Shown: one piece after another, positions 29,203 to 39,805 of the stretch
Layout of the letters: each line of letters starts with the position of its first letter
How positions within the stretch are numbered: the first letter of the stretch is position 1
Assembly: GCA_964464175.1 (NCBI GenBank)
Contig: CAYXFD010000015.1
Span: 1,498 to 65,497 of the forward strand
Source: an uncultured Candidatus Cloacimonadota bacterium
Lineage (GTDB): Bacteria; Cloacimonadota; Cloacimonadia; Cloacimonadales; JAJBBL01
DNA length: 64,000 nucleotides
Direction of reading: 5' to 3'
Translations under genes and position numbers: made by a program
Notes under the pieces: generated by a model
Seen by the model: the letters and a program-made list of their open reading frames with translations, nothing else
Database searches by the model: none
Told to the model about the DNA's origin: nothing

Positions 29203-29289
29203 AATACCTCCCCGGCTGAAACTCTTTTCTGACTCAGATCGCAACCATTTCCCAACAAATAAATAAAAGATAAAATACAAGAGGTATCA

Positions 29290-30495
29290 ATGAAGATATT
29301 AACCATTAACTGCGGCAGTTCATCCATCAAGTTCAGTTTTATCAATACAGAAAAAGAGATCACTCTGGCTGAAGGTATCGTTGAGAGAATCGGTGAGACC
29401 GTTGGTCTCTTTACCTATATCAGTGACAAATACACAAAGAAAAAACGTGAGATCATTGTCGAAGATCATGAAAAAGGTATTCAGCTCATCCTTGATACTC
29501 TGTTAGATAAAACTCACGGTATCATTGAGCATGAAGGAGAAATTGACGGTGTCGGTCACCGTCTTGTTCATGGAGGTGAATTCTTCTCAGGTTCAGTGGT
29601 CATTGATAATCGCGTGATTGAAGTTATGATCGAGTGTTCTGACTTTGCTCCCCTGCATAATCCGGCGAATATTAAGGGTGTGCAGGCAGTCTCCAAACAA
29701 TTGCCTAACCTCCCCCAGTGCGGTGTCTTTGATACGGCATTCCATCAGACAATGCCTTCCAAAGCCTATCTCTATCCCCTCCCTTTGGAGTTTTATACGG
29801 AGCATAAGCTCCGCCGCTACGGATTTCACGGAACTTCCCATAAATACGTTGCTTTAAAGGCTGCAGAAAAGATACAAAAAGATATCACCGATTTGAAGAT
29901 CATTACCTGCCATGTAGGAAATGGTGCTTCAATAACGGCTATCAATAAAGGAAAATCGGTTGACACGTCCATGGGTTTTACCCCCCTTGAAGGTCTCATG
30001 ATGGGAACACGGTGTGGTGATCTGGATCCGGCAATTCCGATAATACTCCAGAGACAGTACAAGTATTCGGTTGATGAAGTTAATACCATAATTAATAAAA
30101 AGAGCGGTATGCTGGGTCTTTCCCAGATCAGCAACGATATGAGAGAAATTGAAGAAGAGATTCTGGAGAGAAATAATGCCAAGGCTATTCAGGCTTTTGA
30201 AGTTTACACTTACCGGATAAAGAAATATATTGGTGCCTATGCTGCTGTTATGAACGGCCTTGATGTCCTGGTCTTTACCGGAGGGGTTGGTGAAAACATG
30301 CCGATCTTACGGGAAGATGTCTGCAAAGACATGGAATATCTCGGAATGAAGATGGATTTCAAGGAGAATAATCAATTCACTAAAGGATTTTTAGTCCTCA
30401 ACGAAGCTGATTCTCAAGTGGCAATCTATAAAATACCGACCAATGAAGAATTAATGATCGCCCTGGAGACAAAACAATTATTGGAAAACCGGTAG
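29290..30495 (+). CDS. ackA: Acetate kinase
   Basis: 'INCGSSSIK', 'GHRLVHGG', 'APLHNP', 'FDTAFH', 'RRYGFHGTSH', 'CHVGNGAS', 'FTGGVGEN', 'IPTNEE'. Confidence 0.97.
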   Translation: MKILTINCGSSSIKFSFINTEKEITLAEGIVERIGETVGLFTYISDKYTKKKREIIVEDHEKGIQLILDTLLDKTHGIIEHEGEIDGVGHRLVHGGEFFSGSVVIDNRVIEVMIECSDFAPLHNPANIKGVQAVSKQLPNLPQCGVFDTAFHQTMPSKAYLYPLPLEFYTEHKLRRYGFHGTSHKYVALKAAEKIQKDITDLKIITCHVGNGASITAINKGKSVDTSMGFTPLEGLMMGTRCGDLDPAIPIILQRQYKYSVDEVNTIINKKSGMLGLSQISNDMREIEEEILERNNAKAIQAFEVYTYRIKKYIGAYAAVMNGLDVLVFTGGVGENMPILREDVCKDMEYLGMKMDFKENNQFTKGFLVLNEADSQVAIYKIPTNEELMIALETKQLLENR

Positions 30496-30546
30496 TCAGT
30501 CAGTTAAAACAGTATCAAGTATAATATTTTAGTATTCTCTCTAAAC

Positions 30547-30572
30547 AAGGAGTAAAGCTAACTCTCCTTTTT
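30547..30572 (+). terminator. Possible terminator downstream of ackA
   Basis: AAGGAG...CTCCTT stem followed by T residues. Confidence 0.35.
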
Positions 30573-30659
30573 AATCGGGAGGTAAGGGGCTTCTAACCGG
30601 TAGCTATAAACAGCGATGATCTTCTCATAAATGAATAGTATTGCTGTCTGAGGAGGGAT

Positions 30660-31985
30660 TTATTTGATCTGCTTAGCTTTTTTCTCGGAATACATATCCT
30701 TATCAGCTATTTTCAGCAGGGTATCAATGTCTTCGGCATCAATCGGATATACACTTGTACCGAGACTGAATCTGATGATCTCCTTCTTCCCTTTTAGCTT
30801 TATAGGTTGTTCAATACCAGCTGTTAATCTCTGGATGATCGCATCCAGTTCTACCTCAGATTGCAGATTATAAAGTGCTACCATGAATTCATCGCCACCG
30901 AATCTGCCGACAAAATCGAATGGTCGGATCAGACTCTTGAGTCTTTCAGCAACCTTAACTAAAACCTTATCACCGTAGGAATGACCGTAGGTGTCATTGA
31001 TCATCTTGAAATTATCGAGATCAAGAAACAGAATCCCTATCCTCTCTTTTGATCTCTTGGCAGCTGCAATCATCTTTTCCGTGTAATCATAGAATAAAAC
31101 CCTGTTCGGAAGTCTGGTCAAACTGTCGTAAAGAGCCATTTTTTCCAGGGCAAAAACCTGTTCTTTATGATCAGTAATATCAAAGTGAACACCGATTAGC
31201 CTGACAGGTTTCCCTTTTTCATTCCATAAGGCATGTCCACGATACAAAAACCAGCGGTAGGTACCATCTTTACAGCGAAGTCTTATCTCCGAATTCAGAG
31301 ACGGTTCTTTTCTGGTAAGATAACTTGTTACCGACTTTCGGAATCTTCTCTTGTCTGCTGAATGGATCAAATCAAAAACAAATTGTCGTTCATTTTTTAT
31401 CTCTTCTTTCTCATAACCGAGCATTTTCTTCCATTGTTCGGAAAGATGGATCTTATCCGTTCTCAAATCCCAGTCCCAAATACCGCCAATAACGTAATCG
31501 ATAATTACTTTCCATCTCTCTTCCTTTTCATCCAGCTCTTTACTTTGAATATTGACCTTATCTTCAAGAAAATCCCTCTCCTCTTTTAATTTGTCTTCTG
31601 CTTTTTTTAACCTGAGAAGAGCCCGGATCTGGGCAATCAATTCCGTGCTGTCAAAGGGTTTATTCAAAAAAGCCTCAGCTCCTAATTCCAAAAACTTTGT
31701 TTTCAGATCCTTCTTGTCTGTAATACCTGTAATAACAATAATGGGTATATATGCTAATTTATCTTTCTTGAGGATTCGGCAGACTTCACAGCCATTGATA
31801 TCCGGCAGTTTAACATCCAAAATGATCAGATCAGGCAGTTCCTTCTTGATCAGTTTCAGAGCTTCTCTGCCTGTATGTGCCGTAAAAAACTCGCTTTCGG
31901 GAATGAACCGGGAAATCAATTCAATTAACAGCTCTGTTAAGTTCTTGTCATCATCAACGATAACAATTCTTGCTTGTCTAATCAC
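30660..31985 (-). CDS. REC-PAS-GGDEF diguanylate cyclase
   Basis: Receiver 'IILDVKLP', PAS 'WDWDL...LIHSAD...RWF', intact 'GRFGGDEF' with an RPFD I-site. Confidence 0.95.
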   Translation of the reverse strand: MIRQARIVIVDDDKNLTELLIELISRFIPESEFFTAHTGREALKLIKKELPDLIILDVKLPDINGCEVCRILKKDKLAYIPIIVITGITDKKDLKTKFLELGAEAFLNKPFDSTELIAQIRALLRLKKAEDKLKEERDFLEDKVNIQSKELDEKEERWKVIIDYVIGGIWDWDLRTDKIHLSEQWKKMLGYEKEEIKNERQFVFDLIHSADKRRFRKSVTSYLTRKEPSLNSEIRLRCKDGTYRWFLYRGHALWNEKGKPVRLIGVHFDITDHKEQVFALEKMALYDSLTRLPNRVLFYDYTEKMIAAAKRSKERIGILFLDLDNFKMINDTYGHSYGDKVLVKVAERLKSLIRPFDFVGRFGGDEFMVALYNLQSEVELDAIIQRLTAGIEQPIKLKGKKEIIRFSLGTSVYPIDAEDIDTLLKIADKDMYSEKKAKQIK

Positions 31986-32066
31986 TAAACCCTCTCATCA
32001 GTCCATTTTCTCTCAACGTCTGTAATGCTTAATGCAACTCATTGAGTTAAATATGTTATCTTTCTG

Positions 32067-33413
32067 TCAAGGATAGTTTTGCTTTCCGGCAGCAACTTCG
32101 AGGAAGCTTCGCAGTCGAGATAAAGATCTGTCAGCAAGAGCCAGTTTTTTCATACGCTTATCTTTTATAGCCACAACTAAAGGGGGTAACAATCCATAAT
32201 TGGCATTTACGGGAGAAAAGACTCCCTTTTCTCTGGTTAAGATCTTTCTCCATAACTGACCGGTAACAGTCTCTTCCGGGAGATCCTTAACTCTGCCGCT
32301 TATGATTAAAGCAATCAGCAATCCTGACATTATTGATTCCAGATAACCCTCCACCCCTGATAGCTGACCTGCTATATAAATATGCTTACGGTTCTTTAAA
32401 GAGAGATCAGCATTCAGAACCTGAGGGGAGTTAAGGTAAGTATTCCGGTGAATAGACCCGTAGCGGAAAAACTCTGCCTTCTCAAGTCCCGGAATAAGAC
32501 GGAAAACCCTTTTCTGGCTCGCCTGGGTCATCATAGTTTGACAACCGACAAGATTATAGGCGGTTTTATCCTCATTTTCGGCTCGCAACTGTATAGCGGC
32601 ATAGGGACGTTTTCCGGAGACCGGATCCTCTAAGCCTACCGGTTTCATTACCCCATAACGGAGCGTATCATCTCCTCTCCGGGCAAGCTCTTCGATCGGA
32701 GTGCAATTCTCATAAAAGATCAGATCATCACTCTTTTTTAGTTCGTTAATGTATTGCTTCTCGAAATCCTTTCCGATATATTTTTCACTCTCCCTAAGCG
32801 CCTGGAGAAAGGTCAGGTATTCAGTCTTAGTAAAAGGACAGTTGAGATAATCAGCTTCTCCTTTGTCATAGCGGGCTTTATAATAAGCTTTGCTTTGATC
32901 AATGCTTTCTGTGGCAATGATGGGAGCGATGGCATCATAAAAGAAGAGATTCTCAAGCCCGAGAATCTCTTGCAGATTAGTGATCAGTTTCTCGGAAGTC
33001 AATGGTCCGGTCGCGATGATCGTTAAATCATCACTCAACTCCGTAACCTCTTGCCGGATCAACTCTATTCTCGGATTCTCATCTATTCGTGCTGTTACCT
33101 CCCGGGCAAAAGAATTCCGGTCAACAGCGAGGGCATTTCCTGCCGGTAAGCTGTTGTTTTCAGCTATCGTCAATAAATCACACCCCAGAAGTCTCAATTC
33201 CTCCTTTAATAACCCGGAGGCAGTTGTCAGAAGTTTAGATTTTAGTGAATTGCTGCAGACCAGTTCTCCCAAAAACTCTGTTTGGTGGGCGGGAGTTCTG
33301 TTACCGGGTCGCATTTCGTAAAGAAGCACTGACCATCCGAGTCTGGCGAACTGCATTGCCGCTTCACAACCAGCTAAACCTGCTCCTATAATTATTATTC
33401 TCTTGTGCTTCAT
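32067..33413 (-). CDS. trmFO: Folate/FAD-dependent tRNA (uracil-5-)-methyltransferase
   Basis: 'GAGLAGCEAA', 'ELVCSNS', 'YLNCPF', 'YNLVGCQT', 'GSIHRNT', 'AGQLSGVEGY'. Confidence 0.96.
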   Translation of the reverse strand: MKHKRIIIIGAGLAGCEAAMQFARLGWSVLLYEMRPGNRTPAHQTEFLGELVCSNSLKSKLLTTASGLLKEELRLLGCDLLTIAENNSLPAGNALAVDRNSFAREVTARIDENPRIELIRQEVTELSDDLTIIATGPLTSEKLITNLQEILGLENLFFYDAIAPIIATESIDQSKAYYKARYDKGEADYLNCPFTKTEYLTFLQALRESEKYIGKDFEKQYINELKKSDDLIFYENCTPIEELARRGDDTLRYGVMKPVGLEDPVSGKRPYAAIQLRAENEDKTAYNLVGCQTMMTQASQKRVFRLIPGLEKAEFFRYGSIHRNTYLNSPQVLNADLSLKNRKHIYIAGQLSGVEGYLESIMSGLLIALIISGRVKDLPEETVTGQLWRKILTREKGVFSPVNANYGLLPPLVVAIKDKRMKKLALADRSLSRLRSFLEVAAGKQNYP

Positions 33414-33481
33414 CTTCTTTTCCTCTACTCGCTGCCAAAGATCGTTTTCCGAATGAGCAGCAATAATTTCAGCAAACTGAT

Positions 33482-34156
33482 CTATTTACCAAGCAGGTAG
33501 GGAAGTGGATCTATCAACCCTGCTTCCCGGAAAGCCTTTAGTCTTAACTGACAACTGCCGCATTTACCGCAGGCTATCTCATTCTCTTGGTAGCAGCTCC
33601 AACTATGTTGGAAAGGAACATTCAACTCCTTACCGAGCAGCACGATCTCTTTTTTGGTCAGGTGCAGCAGAGGAGCTATTATCTCAATGGGGAACAGCCC
33701 TTTCGTGCCTTGGTTAATTGCTGTCTCAAAAGCAGAGAGAAAGCTTTCCCGGCAATCCGGATAACCTGAACTGTCCTCTTCTACCGCTCCGATGTAGATT
33801 CTTCCGGCGGATATTACTTCAGCCCAGGAAGCAGCAATAGCCAGCAGATGTGCATTCCGGAAAGGAACATAGGTATTCGGAACCCTACCCTTCTCTGCTT
33901 CGGTTTCTATCGGTAAGTTTTCATCAAGCAAACTGCTCTGCCCAATCTGCTTCAGATAGCCGATCTTGCAAATCAGGGAATCGACCGGTTGGAAGTGATC
34001 TTTAATTTCTGAAAATGCTTTCAGTTCTCTCTCTTCCGTTTTTTGCCCGTATTTTACATGTAAAAAATTGGTCTCTTTACAATCTTTCACCGCTATGGCG
34101 GAGGTAACCAGGCTATCCATGCCGCCGCTCAATAAGACAATTGCTCTATCTTTCAT
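33482..34156 (-). CDS. queC: 7-cyano-7-deazaguanine synthase
   Basis: 'LSGGMDS', 'YVPFRN', 'YPDC', 'WSCY...CGKCGSC..R'. Confidence 0.95.
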   Translation of the reverse strand: MKDRAIVLLSGGMDSLVTSAIAVKDCKETNFLHVKYGQKTEERELKAFSEIKDHFQPVDSLICKIGYLKQIGQSSLLDENLPIETEAEKGRVPNTYVPFRNAHLLAIAASWAEVISAGRIYIGAVEEDSSGYPDCRESFLSAFETAINQGTKGLFPIEIIAPLLHLTKKEIVLLGKELNVPFQHSWSCYQENEIACGKCGSCQLRLKAFREAGLIDPLPYLLGK

Positions 34157-35697
34157 TGATCTTTCCCTGCAAATTGTTTAATTCTCCCTTCCTTTATCAT
34201 CTCTGATGCTTCACGCAATGACAAGGGATCAACATATATAGTTTTCTGATTTTTATAGATTACATATCCCGGCGGGCTGCCGTGAGGTTTTGTGACAAAC
34301 CGGATCTTTGTATAATCGACCGGAACGTTCTGGGAATTCTTTGCTTTGCTGAAATAGGCTGCCAGTCTGCTTCCCAGATTTATCAATACCGGAGTGATCT
34401 CGCTCTTTTTATAATTCCGTAAAATGATGTGCGCTCCATGGAATATTCTCGTATGAAACCACCAGTCTTCGGGTCGGGCATATCTGCAGGTTAACTCATC
34501 ATTTTCTTTGTTAGTTCTTCCAATAAAGATTTCCCAATCTTCATTGATTTTAAGCTTCCTGAACCGGTCGCTCTTCTGTTTTTTCTTCTTTAGGGTCTCT
34601 TTCTGAGTCTTTTGAACTATCGAATTGCTCTCTTTGAGCTCACTAATGTCATTCTCCAGGTCGAATATCTCTCTGTCTAATTCCTCAATCTCTTCTTCGG
34701 TTCTAATTATCTGTTCCTTGATAATCGCTTTCCCGTTTATCCCCTTTCGATATTTGCGAAATAGATAGTTCATGTTTTTCCTCGGTGAGAGATCTTTTCT
34801 GAGAGGAATGGTCACTTTCTTATCTTCTGTAGAATAATAATCAGTTACAATTACTTCCGTCATACCCTGCCGAATCAAATGAAGCTGACTTTTTAGCAGT
34901 TCAGCCCTTTTTCTGTAAATCTCAGACTTGTCACTCTCTTCATATTCTTCCCGGAGTTTGAGCAGTTTTTTCTCTTTCTTTTTCTTGAGTTTTTGGATGT
35001 TTTTTTTCTCCTGCTCAAAAGCTCTTCGAGTTCTTTCCGGTAATATGATATCATAAACGAGAGATTCATAAAGGTCATTGACATTATCAAAATACTCCTG
35101 CTTCATAATGGGAATGGATTTGTTGCCTTTACCCGAAATGAAATCTTTAATGAACAAAGGGTATTCAACTTTTTGGGGAGAAAGGGTATGATAGTTTGCA
35201 TTATCAACTCTGTCAGGAAGCTTGTAAACTGAACCCGGTAAGAGCTGCCTGGTGGTATTGGCAGAGAGTGAGATATACTTCCAGCACTCGATGATATAGT
35301 CCTGATCCTTGTCCTGCCTGGTGAGTATTATATTACTTCGGTGGGGGATCAGTTCAAGATAGAGGTTATAGCAGACCAATGTGTTGAATATATCGGTTTT
35401 TTCCAGAGATATTCTGACAATCCGGTCATTATTGACGATCTCTGCCTCTTTTATCCGGGTATGGCTTAGATGCTGGGCAAAAGCTTCTATTCTGTTGTCT
35501 TTTTGGAAAGGGAGGGAAGTTTTATCAGTGATGAACAATAAAGGGTTTGTGCTGTCTAAATAGACCTGAAGATATTGCGCTTTCCCTTTAAAGTATAAGC
35601 TTATACTATCCTGTATTCGCTTTACCTCTACAATAATGTTTCCGCATAAACTGTTTCTCTCGCACGCTGCCCATTCTCTAATATATTTAATATCCAT
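34153..35697 (-). CDS. rqcH: NFACT family protein (Rqc2/RqcH, FbpA-like)
   Basis: NFACT-N 'DRIVRI...ELIPHRSNIIL', coiled coil, NFACT-R 'GRTNKENDEL...DWWFHTR..GAH...VPVDYT'. Confidence 0.9.
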   Translation of the reverse strand: MDIKYIREWAACERNSLCGNIIVEVKRIQDSISLYFKGKAQYLQVYLDSTNPLLFITDKTSLPFQKDNRIEAFAQHLSHTRIKEAEIVNNDRIVRISLEKTDIFNTLVCYNLYLELIPHRSNIILTRQDKDQDYIIECWKYISLSANTTRQLLPGSVYKLPDRVDNANYHTLSPQKVEYPLFIKDFISGKGNKSIPIMKQEYFDNVNDLYESLVYDIILPERTRRAFEQEKKNIQKLKKKKEKKLLKLREEYEESDKSEIYRKRAELLKSQLHLIRQGMTEVIVTDYYSTEDKKVTIPLRKDLSPRKNMNYLFRKYRKGINGKAIIKEQIIRTEEEIEELDREIFDLENDISELKESNSIVQKTQKETLKKKKQKSDRFRKLKINEDWEIFIGRTNKENDELTCRYARPEDWWFHTRIFHGAHIILRNYKKSEITPVLINLGSRLAAYFSKAKNSQNVPVDYTKIRFVTKPHGSPPGYVIYKNQKTIYVDPLSLREASEMIKEGRIKQFAGKDQ

Positions 35698-35742
35698 CTA
35701 TCTTCTCTGTTTCCTTGAATAAATTAAAGCCTGAAGAGTATT

Positions 35743-38700
35743 TCAATTGCGCAGCTGTTCCAGATAAATCAAGGCTTGTCTTCCCCAATCGCTGTCTCTT
35801 CCGTATTTGCGGATTACATTCTCCAGGATGCTGCGGGCATTGTCAATCCGTCCCTGTCTAATATATGACTCTGCCAGTTTTAATTCAGCAATCGCATTCC
35901 ATTGATCATATTCCGGATAAAAATAACCTACCTTAAGATATTCAGTGGCGGCATTATCGAATTGATTAAGACTGAAATAGCTCTCTCCTATCCAGTATTG
36001 TGCCTCAGCCTTCATTTCCCTGTCCGTCAAAAGAGGAATAGCTTTTTCAAAAGACTTAACGGCTTCACCGTATTGTCTGTCCCGAAACTGGCAATAGGCA
36101 ATGTTGAAGAAGGTTTCACCTTCAATACCGCTCTCTCCCCAGCGCTCCAGAATAATATGGTAGGCTTCAATCGCTTTCTGCCATTCTTCGATGGTTTTGC
36201 AGACAATAGCATAGTTCTTTGCTGCATCAAAAGCGAGATTCCTCTTCAGATCATTCTGAATAACATAATAGTAATGCTCTAACGCCTGTTGGAACTGCTC
36301 TTTGGAAAAACTGATTGTCCCCAGTTTCAAATTAGCCTGATTGCGTAAATGCTGATCCTCAGCCTGGAGTACCTCCTGAAAATCCTTTCGGGCCTCCTCG
36401 GTTTTTTTATTCTCGAGATGATTAACTCCCCGCCAAAAATATGCCTCTGCTCTGATCTTTTCCGGTAATTGCTGATTACGGGTCAGGCTTGTGAAGCTTT
36501 TTTCTGCCTTGCTTCGATTTATTGACATCTGATAGATTGCCTCATGGAGTTCGATCTCAGCCGTAACGACAGGATCGGTTTCAAGAATAGTTTTGAAGCG
36601 CTTTAAAACCGCATCTGCCCGTGGTCTGTTACTGACCCGGAATAAAGAAATCACCATCTCTTTACCTAACCTTTTTAGATCTAAAAAGGAATATTGGTCA
36701 TAATCGGTTCTCTCTCCAATCTCCTGTAGTAGCGATTCGTAAATCGTGACCGAACCTCCGTAATCTTCCTTGATAAACTCAAGATGTGCCAGATGAGACT
36801 TGGCAGTTAATCTGTTCTCCTTATCTGAAGTTATCCGGATTATATCATTATAGGTGATCTCTGCCATCAAGTAATCGTCTGTTTCGTAATGCAGTTCAGC
36901 TAATTTGAAGAGGACTTCCTCGTCTTTCTCAACAATAAACATCAGAGATTCTTTTGCTCTGTTCTTGTTACCGGTCATTAGAAAATCATCTGCTAACCGG
37001 AGATAATAATCCCTGTCCCTGAGATTCTCAGGGTACAATAGCATGTAGGCAATTACCTCATAATGATCTCCGCTCTGCCGGTAGTGATCGGCAATCAATT
37101 CAAGAGCTTTATAGCGGCTGGGAAAGAAGTGAGCATTTTTTACCAGGAATTTCAGTTTGTCCAGGCCTTTGGATTTTTCGTCAGTATTTAACAGAGCAAC
37201 GGCATAGAGAAACAGCTCCTCCGGTCTGTTAATATTTATCCTGTCGCTGATTCTTTCTACATAGCTGATAGCTTTCCCGAATTGATCATTCTTGAAAAAA
37301 TACTCTGCCATTTCTAACATTGAGTTCACATACTCTCGCCCTGGTATCTCCTGATCTTTAACTACCAGGGAGAACATCTCGTCTGCTTTGGCATAAACCT
37401 CTGACCGGAGATAATGAAAACCAGCCATAAAACGAAAACGGTTGGCAGCAATAGCTTGAGGATATTGATTGATGAACCTCTCTAATCGTATGAGTTCTTC
37501 GACGGAGAGAGAGTTTCCCTTGAGAAAATAATCTCTCTCTATTTCCAGCTCATCTTTCCATTCAGGATATAACTGTTCATCTAATTTAGCTATCTCCTCT
37601 TCTAATTTTTGCAAATACCGGTCTCTCTCGCTGCTCCTGTTCTCAAGGTCTGCTTTTTGTAATGCTTTGAGATAAGCTTTTCCCCGGAAATACCCCCCCT
37701 TTCCTGTCTGGTCGTTTTCTAAGAGCAGAAGGACACCCTCGGTATCCTTCTTATCAAACAACATCACTGATATCAAGTCATTTCTTAGTTTTGCTTTATC
37801 GTCTGTTTCAATATAACGGAAGAGAGAGCCGATCAATTTCGAAGATAATTGCTCAGTATCAACGATCTTATACCGGCTGAGCAATTCGATCTGTTTTAAA
37901 ATCTCCTCTTTAGAAGTCTCCTCTGTAACCGTTTCAATATCTATCTGAGACAATGAATTCAGAGCGGCTCTATAATCGTTTAAAGCTGTATAGCATAATG
38001 CCTTTTTATAGTTAGCCTTCCAATGATAATCACTCTTAAAACCCACATCGGTGATTATCTGGCTATAGTAGTTTATTGCTGACTGATACAACCGGAGCCT
38101 CTCAAAAAAGATATCGCCGATTCGCATCAGTATCTCTTCGGTAATAACAAACTGAGGATAATTGGAAATCAAATCGTGATAATCATTGATCGCCTCCAGA
38201 TAAACTCCGTTTCTCTCTTTCAGCCGTGCCTGCCAATATTTTAACTGGTAACGGTGCCTCTCCTCTTCAATTATTTCTTTGAGATCATCAATAATGAGTG
38301 AGGCTTGCTCAGTTCTATCGGTTAAATAATATGTTTCGATTACTTTCAACTGATAGTCAATAAAGAACGGTGAGTCACTGAGCTCCCTGAGATCGATTTG
38401 TCTGAAAAGCTCAATAATCTGCGGATAGCGGATTAGCTCAAGCTGCGATATCGTATAAAGGTATAGATATTCGGCTAAACCGTCTGATCTGTCGAATTTG
38501 TCAATTATCATCCGGAGTGTTTCCGCTGCTTTTTCGTATTTATCTTTCGTTATATAGAGATCAGCAATCTCCTTAAGGATTACCTCCTCATATTGCCGGG
38601 GTATGGTTTTAAGATCAAGATTCGTCAGATATTCCAAAGCTGCTGTTTCTCCCTGTTCCTCAAGAATCAATCGGTTTTGAACAATGACTGCTTCCCAGCG

Positions 38701-39312
38701 GGCATCGGAAAGAGGATGATCTCTTAAGAGCAACTCAAACATATTGTCTGCATCATTTCTCCGGTTCAGGTTTAAGTAAGAAACTCCCATCATGAAAATT
38801 ACATCTGAAATCCTTGGGTCCTGAGGGTAAGTCTTGATAAAATGCTGCCCCTTGGTTATCAGAGCCTGGTATGATGACGTTTTTTCATAACACCGGAGCA
38901 GATAGTAGATAGCAACAGCTTCATGAGTCGATGCCGGATAGGTTTCGGTAAAACTGCCGAAGAGATTTATAGCCGCAGAATACTTTTCCTGTCTGTACAG
39001 GCTGTATGACCAGTAAAAAAAGGCATCTTCCCGCAAATCACTTCTGGGATACCTTTCATAGAATTGCTGATAGAATTTCTCAGCTTCCCTGAATCTCTCC
39101 TCTTTCCTGTGTATCTCAGCCAGCAGGAAGAGTGATTCTTCTCCCTCCGGTGAAGTGGGTCTGCTCTCTGTTATTCTTTCGAAAACGAGAATTGCTTCCT
39201 GATAAAAGCCATCCCGGTACATTCTTTTTCCGAATTCAAAACTCTCCTGCTGAGCAGCAATATACTGCACAGTAATAAAGAGTAAGAATAGCGCTAAAGT
39301 CGTTTTTCTCAT
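35743..39312 (-). CDS. Large exported TPR protein (BamD-like N-terminus, CpoB/YbgF-like C-terminus)
   Basis: Signal peptide followed by TPR-like helical repeats throughout; ends 'AQYWIGESYF...YLKVGYFYP...AELKLAESY...VIRKY'. Confidence 0.85.
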   Translation of the reverse strand: MRKTTLALFLLFITVQYIAAQQESFEFGKRMYRDGFYQEAILVFERITESRPTSPEGEESLFLLAEIHRKEERFREAEKFYQQFYERYPRSDLREDAFFYWSYSLYRQEKYSAAINLFGSFTETYPASTHEAVAIYYLLRCYEKTSSYQALITKGQHFIKTYPQDPRISDVIFMMGVSYLNLNRRNDADNMFELLLRDHPLSDARWEAVIVQNRLILEEQGETAALEYLTNLDLKTIPRQYEEVILKEIADLYITKDKYEKAAETLRMIIDKFDRSDGLAEYLYLYTISQLELIRYPQIIELFRQIDLRELSDSPFFIDYQLKVIETYYLTDRTEQASLIIDDLKEIIEEERHRYQLKYWQARLKERNGVYLEAINDYHDLISNYPQFVITEEILMRIGDIFFERLRLYQSAINYYSQIITDVGFKSDYHWKANYKKALCYTALNDYRAALNSLSQIDIETVTEETSKEEILKQIELLSRYKIVDTEQLSSKLIGSLFRYIETDDKAKLRNDLISVMLFDKKDTEGVLLLLENDQTGKGGYFRGKAYLKALQKADLENRSSERDRYLQKLEEEIAKLDEQLYPEWKDELEIERDYFLKGNSLSVEELIRLERFINQYPQAIAANRFRFMAGFHYLRSEVYAKADEMFSLVVKDQEIPGREYVNSMLEMAEYFFKNDQFGKAISYVERISDRININRPEELFLYAVALLNTDEKSKGLDKLKFLVKNAHFFPSRYKALELIADHYRQSGDHYEVIAYMLLYPENLRDRDYYLRLADDFLMTGNKNRAKESLMFIVEKDEEVLFKLAELHYETDDYLMAEITYNDIIRITSDKENRLTAKSHLAHLEFIKEDYGGSVTIYESLLQEIGERTDYDQYSFLDLKRLGKEMVISLFRVSNRPRADAVLKRFKTILETDPVVTAEIELHEAIYQMSINRSKAEKSFTSLTRNQQLPEKIRAEAYFWRGVNHLENKKTEEARKDFQEVLQAEDQHLRNQANLKLGTISFSKEQFQQALEHYYYVIQNDLKRNLAFDAAKNYAIVCKTIEEWQKAIEAYHIILERWGESGIEGETFFNIAYCQFRDRQYGEAVKSFEKAIPLLTDREMKAEAQYWIGESYFSLNQFDNAATEYLKVGYFYPEYDQWNAIAELKLAESYIRQGRIDNARSILENVIRKYGRDSDWGRQALIYLEQLRN

Positions 39313-39403
39313 CTCTATTCCTCAATAATTGCTAATGCTGTTTCCTTTATCATTGTTAGTTCTTTCTTATGATATCTGCTTGGTCATTACTTATTCTGAT
39401 ACT

Positions 39404-39805
39404 TCAGGCAGTAAAAACAGTGACTTCGACTTTTATCCTGTCCGGATCTTCGAAAAACAGAGCATAATAATCTTTTCCCCCGGCATAAGGATGTCTATCT
39501 TTATAGAGTATTGGAACACCTCTGTTCTTTAACTCAGCTGTCAATGAATCTACCTCCCCCCTACTGTCAGCATAAAAAGCTATGTGATTTAACCCGGTAT
39601 GACAGCGATGATAGGGAAAACTCAAATACTTTTTTTCTGTTTGCACTAAGACAATATAAGTCTTCTCCTTTACCCAACTCTTGCCCATATCCCAAACCTG
39701 ATAAGACTCATACCCCAGATAAGTTAAGAGCCAATCCCAGAACTCAATTGATTTTCGAAGATCACTTACATAGATCTCAATATGTGATAAAGTACCTTTA
39801 ATTAT
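39404..39805 (-). CDS. VOC/glyoxalase family protein with apparent non-canonical start
   Basis: ORF track starts at ATG 39688, but the frame stays open upstream and encodes IIKGTLSHIEIYVSDLRKSIEFWDWLLTYLGYE, the first VOC module. 'LNHIAF' and 'EDPDRIKVE' follow. Confidence 0.8.
   Translation of the reverse strand: MIKGTLSHIEIYVSDLRKSIEFWDWLLTYLGYESYQVWDMGKSWVKEKTYIVLVQTEKKYLSFPYHRCHTGLNHIAFYADSRGEVDSLTAELKNRGVPILYKDRHPYAGGKDYYALFFEDPDRIKVEVTVFTA

Noticed and set aside
33482-34156. queC as part of an anti-phage system (QatC/Cap9-type) or a dpd DNA-modification island
   Set aside because: Canonical length and motifs, housekeeping neighbours, and no ATPase, TatD, cyclase or dpdA gene nearby.
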